64,000 nucleotides of DNA from Phoronis australis. Taxonomy: Eukaryota; Animalia; Phoronida. Below are positions 1-12,197 of this stretch, one piece after another. A model generated the notes under the pieces. The model did not search any database. It was not told the DNA's origin and saw only the letters and a list, made by a program, of their open reading frames with translations. The DNA lies in NCBI GenBank assembly GCA_002633005.1, contig NMRA01000387.1:55658-119657 (forward strand). The letters are read 5' to 3'. The translations under genes and the position numbers were made by a program. The number at the start of each line of letters is the position of its first letter. Within the stretch, counting starts at the first letter, position 1.

Positions 1-599
1 TGGCAACTGTGGTAAAAAAACACCAAGAATCATAATGTCCAATCTGTGTCATAGCAAGTTTGAGTTTGTAGTTGATTCTTGCCTTTAATTTGGAAGATTA
101 ACGCCAATGATGCATTAACAGGTGACAGAACGAGGATTGATTGGAATCTTCAAACCAGGGTTGAGTATCCTTTTAATGACTGATATGCCGGATGATCGGA
201 TTTATGGTTTCAGCCGTCTGGTCACGTAGGGTCATCTGACGTCCTGGCAGCATTACCTCATGACGGAAGTTTTCTTATTCGTCATGAATACCCGAGGAAC
301 ACAAAAATATTTGTCCAGAATTTGGTGGTCTAATTGAGCAACGGAACACGTGCTTGAACTCGTGCTAACCCTTGACCTCTTGGCACGTGCTGCCAGACGA
401 GCCAAGATGGGATACTGCCTTTGCATCCGATCATTGCAAAGCCATCTGGAACAAAAACAAAAGCCTTGGATATCATTCAGCCCAAACCACAACGACAAGC
501 ATTCGTTTCACACGTGTAAAGTTGCTTTCGCATTAAAGTTAGTCCGGTCCAGTTTGCGGTAGGAACATGTTTTACATCAGCATGATAACCTATCGTACT

Positions 600-1385
600 A
601 GATTGTTACCTTTCTAATTTGACCGCACTAACACTCTATCGCCCTAACATTGAAGCTTCATCGTACTAAACACGAGATTTTGTTCTAAATACTTATAAGG
701 ATATCCTTTTCACACGACAATAAATTTTCACTTTTATTTCTATTTTCAATTGTTTAAGTTCAAAATTGTGCAGTGCGTTGACAAAAATACCAGTAACGCC
801 AAGAGTGCACAAAATGGCCGGAAGAACTCTGCACTCGCGTGAGGTGGGGAGATAATTTAGGAAGGTCGAGCAAACTAGTCCGCACCAAACTAGAGCCTTT
901 CCCATTGCGCTTACGTAATCGGACTAAGTTTGGTGAGCTCGCTGACACGTAATGTGCCAGTGATTATGAGTATTTTCATACATGTAGTTTTTTTCTTCAG
1001 TTTCATGAATAAAAATGACCGAGGATGTCCATCTTCTTACCAATATTGTTCTGAACAGATTCACATTCTGGGTACAACTGAGTGCGCTACGTCTTGATTT
1101 GGAAATCCCATTGTCAGAAAATATCTTGATTATGAAATGAGTAGAGTTACTGCCAATGAAGTTTCCCAAAATTTGTGCATATGTCAAACTTGTTTACATG
1201 TACTTTTGACATCTACATGTATTTTTAGATGATGTTTACATGGTTTGTTCTGGGTTCAGTACTTTAAGGATTCCAGATCGTAACAGCCAATGATATGATT
1301 AGCTAAGATACGGGGCTGTTATTAGCCAATCTGCATTACTATAATTTGGGCAAAAGTCTGGGAGATAGCCAGATGGAATTTATTA
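600..1385. pseudogene. Decayed sequence paralogous to ~38300-39310 (possible gene remnant, family and strand unresolved)
   Basis: 1140-1385 aligns in direct orientation with 38990-39310 (shared CCCAAAATTTGT.CATATGT, GTCAAACTTGTTTACATGTA, TATTTTTAGATGATGTTTA, ACAGCCAATG, TATAATTTGGGCA). No long intact frame. Left boundary approximate. Confidence 0.3.
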
Positions 1386-1390
1386 GTTAA

Positions 1391-1862
1391 AGGAGAATGA
1401 AACCCAAAAACAACCTATTTTGTTTCAATTTAGATCGAGTAGTTCTACTCTATAACGGCACGTTCGGTTGTGTTACCTGACACCTGACGGCAGACGGAAG
1501 TGTTGAAGTTATCCAATGACGTCATTGGTTTCACACGCAGTCTGTTCAGCAGTTCAAAACACGGGTTACTGGTGTCAGCTTATCGCTTGAATTCATAATT
1601 TAACACCAATAGATCATCAAACTTCGATGTAAAACAATAAAAGATACACCAAATTCTTACAAAAACGTGTTGTTTTATTTCGCTTTTAGGGATTTATTGG
1701 TATTTGGATACACCGTAGCCTACAAAGTTCGGCAGGCCAATTGAACAAGGTCCATAGCAGGAGTTTGGGGTCTGTTTAGAGATAAATTCGAAGTATTCTT
1801 CCGTGAAATACAGACAGGAGAACCTAGATCTGTGTTGTTTAGACTGTCTTATGATTTTTGAG
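1391..1862 (+). mobile_element. Truncated Kolobok DNA transposon left end (same family as 12413-14070)
   Basis: TTAA (1387-1390) followed by AGGAGAATGAAACCC. About 470 bp closely match 12413-12885. No right TIR found. Confidence 0.8.
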
Positions 1863-2374
1863 CACGAGAATGTTTACGGCAATGTGGGTAAAATTCAATA
1901 CAGCAAGATTCGAGTGTCGCTGTGTAATCCAGGACGGCCCTGTCGAGTTCACTGGTTCGTGAGCGGCGTTCATGAGCGCAGCCATGCACATGACATAGCC
2001 TTACGATGTGTCTAGCGGAATCTTACAGAAGTGGACACAATAGAGATGAGTGGTTTCAGTCTGACAACCACAAACTTCTACTCGTTAGGAAGTCGAAAAG
2101 GAACGACACCATCGGAGTTGCTAAGTGGCTACGTGAGATTTTCCGAAAACGTCCCATGGCCTTCTGACCCTATTAGAAATCACAATATTGATAATTACCT
2201 CGAGTACCAAATGACACGTTGACGCCCAAGCTTTTCAAGACGTTCAATGTCTTCGTGGCTCCACGTTTTGGTTCGTCGTATGTTGCTACCACAACGATTG
2301 ATCTGAAATGTAAATCGGCACACAACTTAATTTTATTACATCATGTCGATCCGGTGGCGGGGTGGCTTGTTCTT

Positions 2375-2733
2375 TGTAATGGAGTGGGGGGCAGGTGAGT
2401 CAGTTCCAGAAAAACCGATACACTCGTTGGTTCAATAACCAGCAGTCTGTATAATCTGGCTCTCTATTGACTAATTGCTGATTATGTAACTGCAACTGAA
2501 ATGTAACTTTAACTGTCTCTTAAAACTTAACTCTTACTCAACTTCAACTTATCAGCTCAACTGACTGTCTTGAATTCGTGCCTGGGTAATTATAGTCCCT
2601 TACAATGTTTTGGAACTTTTCATGAATTCAGGCACATTCTAGAACTTTCCAGACTCAACCAAATCGTTCTACAAACACATACTTAGCTCGACTGCAGAAT
2701 GTTTCAAACTATGGAGCAATGTTTATGACTAAC
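2375..2733 (-). mobile_element. Possible solo LTR remnant
   Basis: Starts TGTAAT, contains CAACTT/AACTG iterations and TTCTAGAACTTTCCAG heat-shock-element-like arrays. No TSD confirmed and the right end is uncertain. Confidence 0.25.
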
Positions 2734-5700
2734 ATACTGGAATCTTCTTTTACGTTCCTTGCTATTCTATTGTAAACAAATAATCCTGACCTCAAGCCCA
2801 ATCAAGTGCTATGTGCAAATAAACAAATAGAACAGTAAAATAAAATTTATTGAACAATGAATTGCCAATCCACTTCTAAACCCGTTGCTTATAAAAGGAA
2901 AGCCGCGCTTGTAAACGAAGCATGTTCCTCCAATACGGCACTGAACAGGAGAATCGTGTATCAACTCCAAAAGACAGCGGTTCCTAAATCAAAGCCAAAT
3001 GCAGATATCAATTTAGTCCCTTGTTAAGCGTCCTCATGCTCTTTTGTCCGGCATCGCAATTCGCAGGCCAAGTATTTACCATGGTTCGAAGAGTTGCTAA
3101 AACCATTCATCAACAGGTACCAGAGAACCGAAACATAATCTATTTTTGTTAATTCTATCGTATTTCTTAGAAATTCAATTTCAGAGAAACTAAACAGTTC
3201 GAAAAATTGCCAGTTTCTGTCCATGACATACTATTTTTGCCAGTGATTTATTTTCGTGAACTTAAACACTTAAACCATAGCCATTGCGGTAATTGCTGTT
3301 TCCACACAGTATAGACTTATATCAGAGTTCCGGATAAAAAACCTTCTTGACGGCAACAGGATTGTACAATCTATTGACTAAGTACACAGTGCCGTTTCTT
3401 TATGAACCTTGGTATTTTTTTCGAGTTGACAACATTCCAGCTAAAGGGGCTTGCAAATATATTAACTATAAGGAAACATCACCCCTACAGTTTATGCGAA
3501 AGAGAATGCCTCTCATGGTCATATGCTCCACTGGAGAAGACAGAAGGTCACGTGATTTCACCAAAGTTGCATGCCAATCGCCCTAGCTAGACTTACTGCG
3601 AGATTGGCTGCTAACTGTTTATACACATCATTTTACACCTGGATATAAATGTAAATTTGTACCGTGTTCGTTGAGAGAAAATGAAGTTAGTGATATTTGT
3701 GCTCAGCAGACCATACGTTTCAAAGCCAGGTTTTTCCAGAACAGAACAGACTATTCTAATATTATAATTGTCTTACTTTTCCAGTTTTCGTGAAATCCCA
3801 CAGCCGACCTTTTAAAGGAACGTGACCTGATGATCAGATCAACTGTCACTCCATCCCAGTTATTTCAAGTAATATAGCCTCGAGTATTTGGGCACATGGA
3901 GGCCTTTGAGTGAAAGTGATCAATATACTAATGAAACCTGTTTCAAAGAGAAAGGGTGAAGCTGAAAGAAGAATCGTAAGGGAGTTCCCCCGCAGAGGGT
4001 GGAATCGAGGCACTGTGTATTAGTCTAGTCGAAAAATGGCCCCTCGTGCACCCCGCGGACTTCAACATCAAAGTTGCATTTTTATGAAGAAAATTATGTA
4101 TGAAAACAGAAAAATGATGTTAATAAGCCGGAGGTCAGTGCCACCATTACCTATTTTGCTACATTTCGAAGTATCTCCTCGAGTATTTTAAATAATTGAA
4201 AGTGCTAAATGTCTGGGCTTATGTTTTGTGGGTCAAACATTACATTAAAATCAAGTAACTTCTAAAAGTTATCTTATACATGGCACCGGTACAAAACAAA
4301 CAACATATGGAATAGAAATGCTGTTTGAGGCATGAAAATCCGCTAATTTTATTCAAATTCAGAACTTCGATGTTGACATTATTTTTAGGATGCAACCCAA
4401 CCAAAAATATATTTTAGATTAACTAAATTAAACAATAGTTCTCATCTTTTATGAAGAGGAACATTGTTTCTAAGACAGTCACGTGAAATTGGCCTACATT
4501 CGAAATTTAGGCAGCTATCTTGGCAGATGTATAAATCATGCCTAAAAGGAAACGAGGTCGAAGCTTATCTACTGAAGGTAAAGATCAATTTCTACCCGTA
4601 TGCATTCTTCATTTAGATTTTTGTAAATGTACAAGGCACTTTTACAGCCTTACACAATGTGAGAGGAACAGGAATGCAAAAAACTACAGCAGCTTAAAAC
4701 TCGCATCGTCCAACAAAATAATATCATCAAGGTTTCTTCCTTCCGCTTGCTTTACGTTGAGGATCTAAAAGGGAACGGGAATCTTAGGTACCGTTCTAAG
4801 AAACTTTAATCGTTTCAAACCAGGTCCATTTCAAAACTTGGTTAACTTCACGAAAATTGATAGAGGTGACACTATCATTTTGGCTGTTTCCTAGATCAAG
4901 TATAACAGTTTCTTCTGNTCAATGTTTATGACTAACATACTGGAATCTTCTTTTACGTTCCTTGCTATTCTATTGTAAACAAATTACTCTCCTGACCTCA
5001 AGCCCAATCATGTGCTATGTGCAAATAAACAAATAGAACAGTAAAATAAAATTTATTGAACAATGAATTGCCAGTCCACTTCTAAACCCGTTGCTTATAA
5101 AAGGAAAGCCGCGCTTGTAAACGAAACATGTTCCTCCAATACGGCACTGAACAGGAGAATCGTGTATCAACTCCAAAAGACAGCAGTTCCTAAATCAAAG
5201 CTAAATGCAGATATCAATTTAGTCCCTTGTTAAGCGTCCTCATGCTCTTTTGTACAACATCGCAATTCGCAGGCCAAGTATTTACCATGGTTCGAAGAGT
5301 TGCTAAAACCATTCATCAACAGGTACCAGAGAACCGAAACGTAACAATCTATTTTTGTTAATTCTATCTTATTTCTTAGAAATTCAATTTCAGAGAAATT
5401 AACAGTTCGAAAAATTGCCAGTTTGGTCCATGACACACTATTTTTGCCAGTGATTTATTTTCGTGAACTTAAACCATAGCCATTGCAGTAATTGCTGTTT
5501 CCACACAGTATGGACTTATATCAGAGTTCCGGATAAAAAGCCTTCTTGACGGCAACAGGATTGTACAATCTATTGACTAAGTACACAGTGCCGTTTCTTT
5601 ATGAACCTTGGTATTTTTTTCGAGTTGACAACATTCCAGCTAAAGGGGCTTGCAAATATATTAACTATAAGGAAACACCACCCATACAGAATGCCTCTCA

Positions 5701-7102
5701 TGGTCATATGCTCCACTGGAGAAGACAGAAGGTCACGTGATTTCACCAAAGTTGCATGCCAATCGCCCTAGCTAGAATTACTGCGAGATTGGCTGCTAAC
5801 TGTTTATACACATCATTTTACACCTGGATATAAATGTAAATTTGTACCGTGTTCTTTGGGAGAAAATGAAATTAGTGATATTTGCGCTCAGCAGACCATA
5901 CGTTTCAAAGCGAGGTTTTTCCAGAACAGAACAGACTATTCTAATATTATAATTGTCTTTCTTTTCCAGTTTTCGTGAAATCCCACAGCCGACCTTTTAA
6001 AGGAACGTGACCTGATGATCAGATCAACTGTCACTCCATCCCAGTTATTTCAAGTAATATAGCCTCGAGTATTTGGGCACACGGAGGCCTTTGAGTGAAA
6101 GTGATCAATATACTAATGAAACCTGTTTCAAAGAGAAAGGGTGAAGCTGAAAGAAGAATCGTAAGGGAGTTCCCCCGCAGAGGGTGGAATCGAGGCACTG
6201 TGTATTAGTCTAGTCGAAAAATGGCCCCTCGTGCACCCCGCGGACTTCAACATCAAAGTTGCATTTTTATGAAGAAAATTATGTATGAAAACAGAAAAAT
6301 GATGTTAATAAGCCGGAGGTCAGTGCCACCATTACCTATTTTGCTACATTTCGAAGTATCTCCTCGAGTATTTTAAATAATTGAAAGTGCTAAATGTCTG
6401 GGCTTATGTTTTGTGGGTCAAACATTACATTAAAATCAAGTAACTTCTAAAAGTTATCTTATACATGGCACCGGTACAAAACAAACAACATATGGAATAG
6501 AAATGCTGTTTGAGGCATGAAAATCCGCTAATTTTATTCAAATTCAGAACTTCGATGTTGACATTATTTTTAGGATGCAACCCAACCAAAAATATATTTT
6601 AGATTAACTAAATTAAACAATAGTTCTCATCTTTTATGAAGAGGAACATTGTTTCTAAGACAGTCACGTGAAATTGGCCTACATTCGAAATTTAGGCAGC
6701 TATCTTGGCAGATGTATAAATCATGCCTAAAAGGAAACGAGGTCGAAGCTTATCTACTGAAGGTAAAGATCAATTTCTACCCGTATGCATTCTTCATTTA
6801 GATTTTTGTAAATGTACAAGGCACTTTTACAGCCTTACACAATGTGAGAGGAACAGGAATGCAAAAAACTACAGCAGCTTAAAACTCGCATCGTCCAACA
6901 AAATAATATCATCAAGGTTTCTTCCTTCCGCTTGCTTTACGTTGAGGATCTAAAAGGGAACGGGAATCTTAGGTACCGTTCTAAGAAACTTTAATCGTTT
7001 CAAACCAGGTCCATTTCAAAACTTGGTTAACTTCACGAAAATTGATAGAGGTGACACTATCATTTTGGCTGTTTCCTAGATCAAGTATAACAGTTTCTTC
7101 TG
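2717..7102 (+). repeat. Near-identical 2.2-kb tandem duplication (2717-4917 / 4920-7102) joined by a single N; probable haplotype/overlap assembly artifact
   Basis: Copies differ by scattered SNPs and small indels in the first half and look identical in the second half. The junction is the N at 4918. Confidence 0.9.
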
Positions 7103-9030
7103 CTTTAGCACAATCATATTGTTTAGGAAGTACACATAAACGTCTGAAAACTGTGCTCACTCTTCGAAATGACATTCTGATGGCATGCAAACAGTCAGCA
7201 AAACTACTGCGGCCATTAACGGCCGATTATATGGAACTTGTTACTGTAAAACCTTTGCCTCCTGAACTCATCCGATTTCTTAGTTTGTTGATGACTGGGG
7301 TTGAAGGTCTCAACAAAAGTGAAAAATTCACGAGACCCGTTGTGAGTGGGATAATTTGAATAAATTGACCACCAATGTACAGGGCAGCAACATTGTCAAC
7401 AGTGCTCGAGTAATCATGATTCAAGGGGTCAAGCCTGGTTTGAAAACCTCCAAAGATAAAAACAATGCTAGTCAATAACAAGTAGCAGCCGACAACGAAG
7501 TCTTCAAGTAGAAGCTCTGTCTTGGGACAACAGATAGCCCTTTTTCAAGACCAACAAAGCTTCCCTTTTGCATTATCTTCTGAAAGACATTGTGCCAGAA
7601 GACTTTCATCATGATGCCATCTTGGATGGCATGGCACATCTCAACACGATACCTAATCTCCCTCCAGCATGAGATGAGATCTGCTTACAAGTAACTGACA
7701 AGATGGCGTCGACGAAGCACTTCTTGTTCTTAACTGACACTAGAATCTATCAAGCCCAGGAGCGGTTCCGACATGGCAGTTCATGGGTGGACAAGATACA
7801 CGAACATCGTACGACTCCAAAACCTTTGTTGCAAACGATGACAACAATAAGCAATTCTACCACTTGTTACTGTAAATCTGGAGTGGTGAGAAGTCAGTTT
7901 CGAGGTTGGAGAAGAGCGAGATGGCCATCATGATTATACAGTGAAAAGCCCTTGATCTTGTTACATCTGAAGGCCAGGAACGTCCACATTTTTTCTGAGC
8001 ATAACTTTCTGAGTATTTGTTACTTTAAAATAATTTGGGTTGTCATACAGTGAATTAATCTGATGTTTCAGGTTTATACTCAGGAGCACCCACATATCTA
8101 CAGCAACCAAGAAGAGACTGACAGAAGAATTGTTTTGTACCTCCAGTACGTCGTCTCACTTGTGCACAGAAACGTTGTCGTCAGAACCCCTCATGAGCGG
8201 AGCAGCACAGAAAAAAGTGGGGAATAAAGCCCAACAGCCCCCTGTAATGCACCGCCTATAGACCATGGGCGGTGCAGCACTGAAAAGTGCACCGCTCAGG
8301 GGCCCTGACGATTTCTTCTTTGTAATTCTGCTGCATCATGCTCACGCCATAACGTTGACTGGTATATCTAGATACATTGTTTGGAAAACATCGGCGACTA
8401 ATGAATCTCTCTGACGTGGCCAAAATCTTTAGGAAAAAGGTAATGTTAAACTGTACTTGGGTTTTATATATATATATATACTAGAGAAGATTGCACCAGT
8501 GCCTTCAAAGGTGAAGAAAAGATTAGCTCCCATAAGAAGCTGGAAAAGAATCCAAACTTTCGCAGAGCACTCAGGCAACTTGGCGTTGATTGAGCTGAAA
8601 GTTCTGAAGTTTTGAAAGAGATGGAGAAGTTCACCTGCCTCATGTACGAGACGTCAGTAATCGACAGACGGAACTCGTACTGAGATGTTGCGCAACATGG
8701 TTGGTGAAGGCGAAATTCTCACAAGTTCAAGGTTGACCTTGCTCGACTCTCGCAGTGCCAAGCTGCACGGAAACCATGTCCAACGAGTAAATCACCGTGT
8801 CGCTTTGTACAAGTGCGCTTGTGAACCCGTAACTGAACAGCCAAAACCCTATTTGGAAGGGTAGGGGTGGAGGCGGACTGACGAAGGAGTGTTAGAATTT
8901 GTGTTGCCGTGTGGTCTTATCTTACCAAACTCACTGATTGATATCTTGCTCACCGATGTGAAGTGGAAAACGGGAAAGTGGCGAGTTGTATGGCAGTTTT
9001 ACGGAAAGCTATGAACGTGACATGGAGTGA
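6723..9030 (+). pseudogene. Frameshifted Academ transposase/XPG-like nuclease remnants
   Basis: MPKRKRGR...CILH start, then VVVRTP..FFVILLHHAH, EDCTSAFKGEEK..KKLEKNP (XPG/FEN1 H3TH-like), EKFTCLMY and PKP..EG*GW..EGVLE..CGLILPNSLIDIL. Many stops and frameshifts. Confidence 0.7.
8192..8300. mobile_element. Small hAT-like MITE inserted in the Academ coding region
   Basis: CATGAGCGGAGCA ... TGCACCGCTCAGG inverted termini (11/13) splitting the VRTP|D motif. TSD degenerate. Confidence 0.5.
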
Positions 9031-10252
9031 TGAAACATGTAAACAATGACGTCAGCATGTAATGAGTGCCCATGTTTCTACAATCATTTCCCTGCGTTTT
9101 TTCCTTGAGATATTTAAAAAATTGTTGAAATCCTGTTCACTAAAAAGCTGACTATACAATCCCTGAAAGTTGTCCATTTAGCGTTTATATTGGCCTAAGT
9201 ACACTTTCAGTGTAGTATTGATTGTAAGTAACCATATAATGCAAATCATATGCAATAAATCATGAAGAAAATTACTCCTTCATAATGCTTGACCCTCAAA
9301 GTATCTGTTTTGACACTTGATTCGTTCAATTATGGGAAAAAAGGTTCGATATCGTCAAATAACAAAAAATCGGTAATGGCGGCACTAATTTGCATAAAAA
9401 CTCATGTGGGACATTTTTTCAGCTTGTTAACATCTTTTTTCGGTTTTTACACTTATTTTTCTTTGCATAACTGCAACTTAGAAGTTGAAGTCCGGGAGGT
9501 GCACGGGGGAATTTTTCGACTCAACTATATAGACGTATTGCTAAAATACGCCACACTCGGTCTGTTGCGCGTAAAAGTAGGAGTGGGAGACTCAGGAGTG
9601 CATGTTCGAAAGAAAACGAGGATCGCGTAGAGGAATTGATTCAATCCCAAGACGACAAGCCGGGGAATCACAGATCTCTGAGAGAAGTCGCAAGCGATTT
9701 ACAAATGAGCAAGTCTTCTGTGCAAAGAATAGCGAAAATTTTTGGAGATAAAACCTTTCAAAAGAGTGTGGGATATCACGGGCAGATCAACAAGTTAGAA
9801 GGAATAGAAAACTAGATGCGGCTACTTGCATTACCACTATTCAGCTACTGATGTAAAAAGAATCACTTTCACTGCTGAAAAAGACTTTACGCTAGAAATC
9901 GCTGTCCTTCCCAGTAAAATATAAAATCTTGTATGAGTAGCCAATATTTCGGTGTCTGGCTCCACGGAGTTTACTCCAGCTAACATTAAGTCAGAAACAC
10001 TACGACGAGGAGTTTATTGGCAGCGGTGGTGTCTGACTTTGGTGCAACGGGGACAAAAGTTTAGTGAGGCCGGTTAAGTCAATTAGGGATGGATGAATGC
10101 AAACCTGGTGTCGATCTCGGGGTGGAGCCGAAACTGGAGACTAGAGCCAATCCCACGTGGGAAATTTTTACGGAGTTGAGAAAGCAAGAATTTCCTCGTT
10201 CACAGTGCATACACGAAATTCACAGTCATAACTAATTACTTGATACCTTGCT

Positions 10253-10407
10253 CAGGGGCGGATCGAAGATTTTGAGTTAGGGGAGCCAGGGCAGAGTATT
10301 AACCAAGATTTTGCATGTCAGACATTGACCCCCCCGAACTGCCAAATTTAATCTGGGAGATTTTGGGGGGCAATGTCTCCCTTGGCCCCCATCTACACCA
10401 GCCACTG
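10253..10407. mobile_element. hAT-like MITE with 5-bp TSD
   Basis: CAGGGGCGGATC...GCCACTG termini; flanks TTGCT / ATGCT (4/5). Confidence 0.6.
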
Positions 10408-10717
10408 ATGCTGCGTAAGCTTTCCTCAAGACAATTTGAAAGACTGAGTTGGGATTTCCAGGAGCTATACATGTCAATTATCGCGCTCGAAATATTGTTC
10501 GCGCTATTTATTTAAACAAAACAGGTTCCCGTGTTCAACCATTCGTGACTTGTTATGCGATTTTGTCGTTACTGATGAACGTAAACTGAAGATTGCTTGG
10601 TCGCGTTCATGAGTCGTTAGCACTTGGAAATTTAGCATTCCAATCTGAACCGAAAAGCTGTTCTGGTTAAGAAATACATTGTAACTGTGACTATTGCATT
10701 TCTTTGGGGGTGATACA

Positions 10718-12197
10718 TACAGGGGATTTCCCGTTATTAGACCATGGGCGTGTATTCGGAAAATGAAGATTTTTAGGTGTTTTGATAACACCAAATAAAC
10801 GCCTGGGCGTTTATTTGGAAAAGGGGGACGTTTAGACGTATAGTTTTTTCCTTCAAAATGTGTTTTTAAATTCTATGTTAATAAATGCATAGCTCAACAG
10901 CACCTTGTTTGTGGTACTCATCAGCCTCTAATATTAATAGATAGCAAACCTGTTTTCTCTAAACAGTGGTTTCTAAAAGGCAAAGGTCATCTACACGATT
11001 AACATAAGTCAGATGGTTGTTTCCTAATTATGAAGAGTTTATACAGAAATTTCACTTTACCCCTCAAGTAACTTCATTTTTTGGTTTACGAAGCTCATTG
11101 CACGCTAAATCAGTGGAGTCAACTCAGAGAGGGGAAGCATCGAGTAAATTTACTGTTTCGTCCACCATACCTCGAAGTTATTTTGGGAGATGTCAAAAGA
11201 GGTAAATAAAATTTTGTAATTGTTTCTCAAAGTTAGGAAAAACAAAGTCTCCTTGATATTACAGAATGATGGTGCAATGTTTTTTCCTAAAACATCTATT
11301 CATTCACCGACGGTGTTTCTCTGAGATGGTTTCAATTTAGGCTTCTTCACAGAATTATAGGTTGTAATGAATTTTAACACAAGATTGGCGTAATTGATAG
11401 CTCATTAAATACAATTTGCTGTGATAAAAAGGGAATCTATTGTTCATGTGTACCGGTCTTGTAACAATGCTCAACGCTTTTGGAATCATGTTAATAAATC
11501 AGCTCGTAGATGCTGTTGGATATAGTTTAGAAGTGTCCATACAATTAGTTATGTTCTGTGGTCAGGTGGAAGCGATTTTAAACAGTATGGTTCTTTGTCT
11601 TGGCAAGTAGCATATTTTTAAACAACGGTTGAAGTGTAAAAATGCCACACTTTCACTGTTACAAAAGAAGGTTGCAATGTACTTTTTCACTGAAAGATAC
11701 ATATACAGAAACAAAATAAAATACGATGAATTTATAGAACGCTGGTAAGGTCTTGACTTTTTTGTTTTTGTGAATGAATCATAGGGAGCTTCTAGGTGTC
11801 TAATTTCTTAATTACCTTCGTATAAAATAGCACTATACATAAGTTGACCATAACTGATCATTGACTAAACAAAGACGTTTGTAGTAACTTTCGTGAGGAC
11901 ACTGTAATTGTGTGATCTGTACCGTACTTATTATATTGAAGAAAGAGTTGAGGAAAATCATCTTGTTCATTTTTAGAAATGATAAATGCTCCACAAAACT
12001 GAATTTGTGACAAAAAGTTGACTCTGAGGGGTCTTTTAAGGGGGAAATTTTCCGAACAAACACCCCACAACGTGGACACTTGACAAGAGAATCTGTAACA
12101 CCAAATAAACGCCCATGCATGTTTATTCGGCACATTTTTCTGAATAAACGCCCGTGGGCTTTTATTCGGGTGGGCTTATCTACGGAAAATCGCGGTA
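10718..12197. mobile_element. Non-autonomous Tc1/pogo-like element carrying a LINE fragment
   Basis: TA-flanked degenerate TIRs (TACAGGGGATTTCCCG / CGGAAAATCGCGGTA) and subterminal AATAAACGCC..GGGCGTTTATT palindromes at both ends. Confidence 0.5.
10880..11750 (+). mobile_element. L1/Tx1 LINE ORF2 C-terminal fragment (decayed)
   Basis: Translates to ..ILIDSKPVFSKQWFLKG.. and LRWFQFRLLHRIIGCNEF*HKIGVIDSS...ESIVH...CNNAQRFWNHV (zf-RVT region), homologous to 29373-29774. Confidence 0.8.

Larger units (their letters stand above)
6206..9527 (+). mobile_element. Academ (AcademX-type) DNA transposon, internally deleted
   Basis: Imperfect ~55-bp TIRs TAGTCTAGTCGAAAAAT...GTGCACC...CGGACTTCAAC / GTTGAAGTCCG...GGTGCAC...ATTTTTCGACTCAACTA. 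TAG...CTA termini and perfect 3-bp TSD TAT (6203-6205, 9528-9530). Left end also present at 4021 through the duplication. Confidence 0.85.
5583..9905 (+). mobile_element. Tc1/mariner-superfamily transposon remnant interrupted by an Academ element (5' part duplicated at ~3383-4020)
   Basis: Removing 6206-9527 and one TAT restores ...REFPRRGWNRGTVY|RRIAKIRHTRSVARKSRSGRLRSACSKENEDRVEELIQSQDDKPGNHRSLREVASDLQMSKSSVQRIAK (paired HTH). After a frameshift comes RITFTAEKDFTL (degenerate FTDEK first catalytic motif). 3' truncated. The left end at TA-CACAGTGCC is tentative. Confidence 0.8.

Noticed and set aside
4021-9527. A 5.5-kb Academ element with two left ends
   Set aside because: The extra left end is explained by the N-joined duplication.
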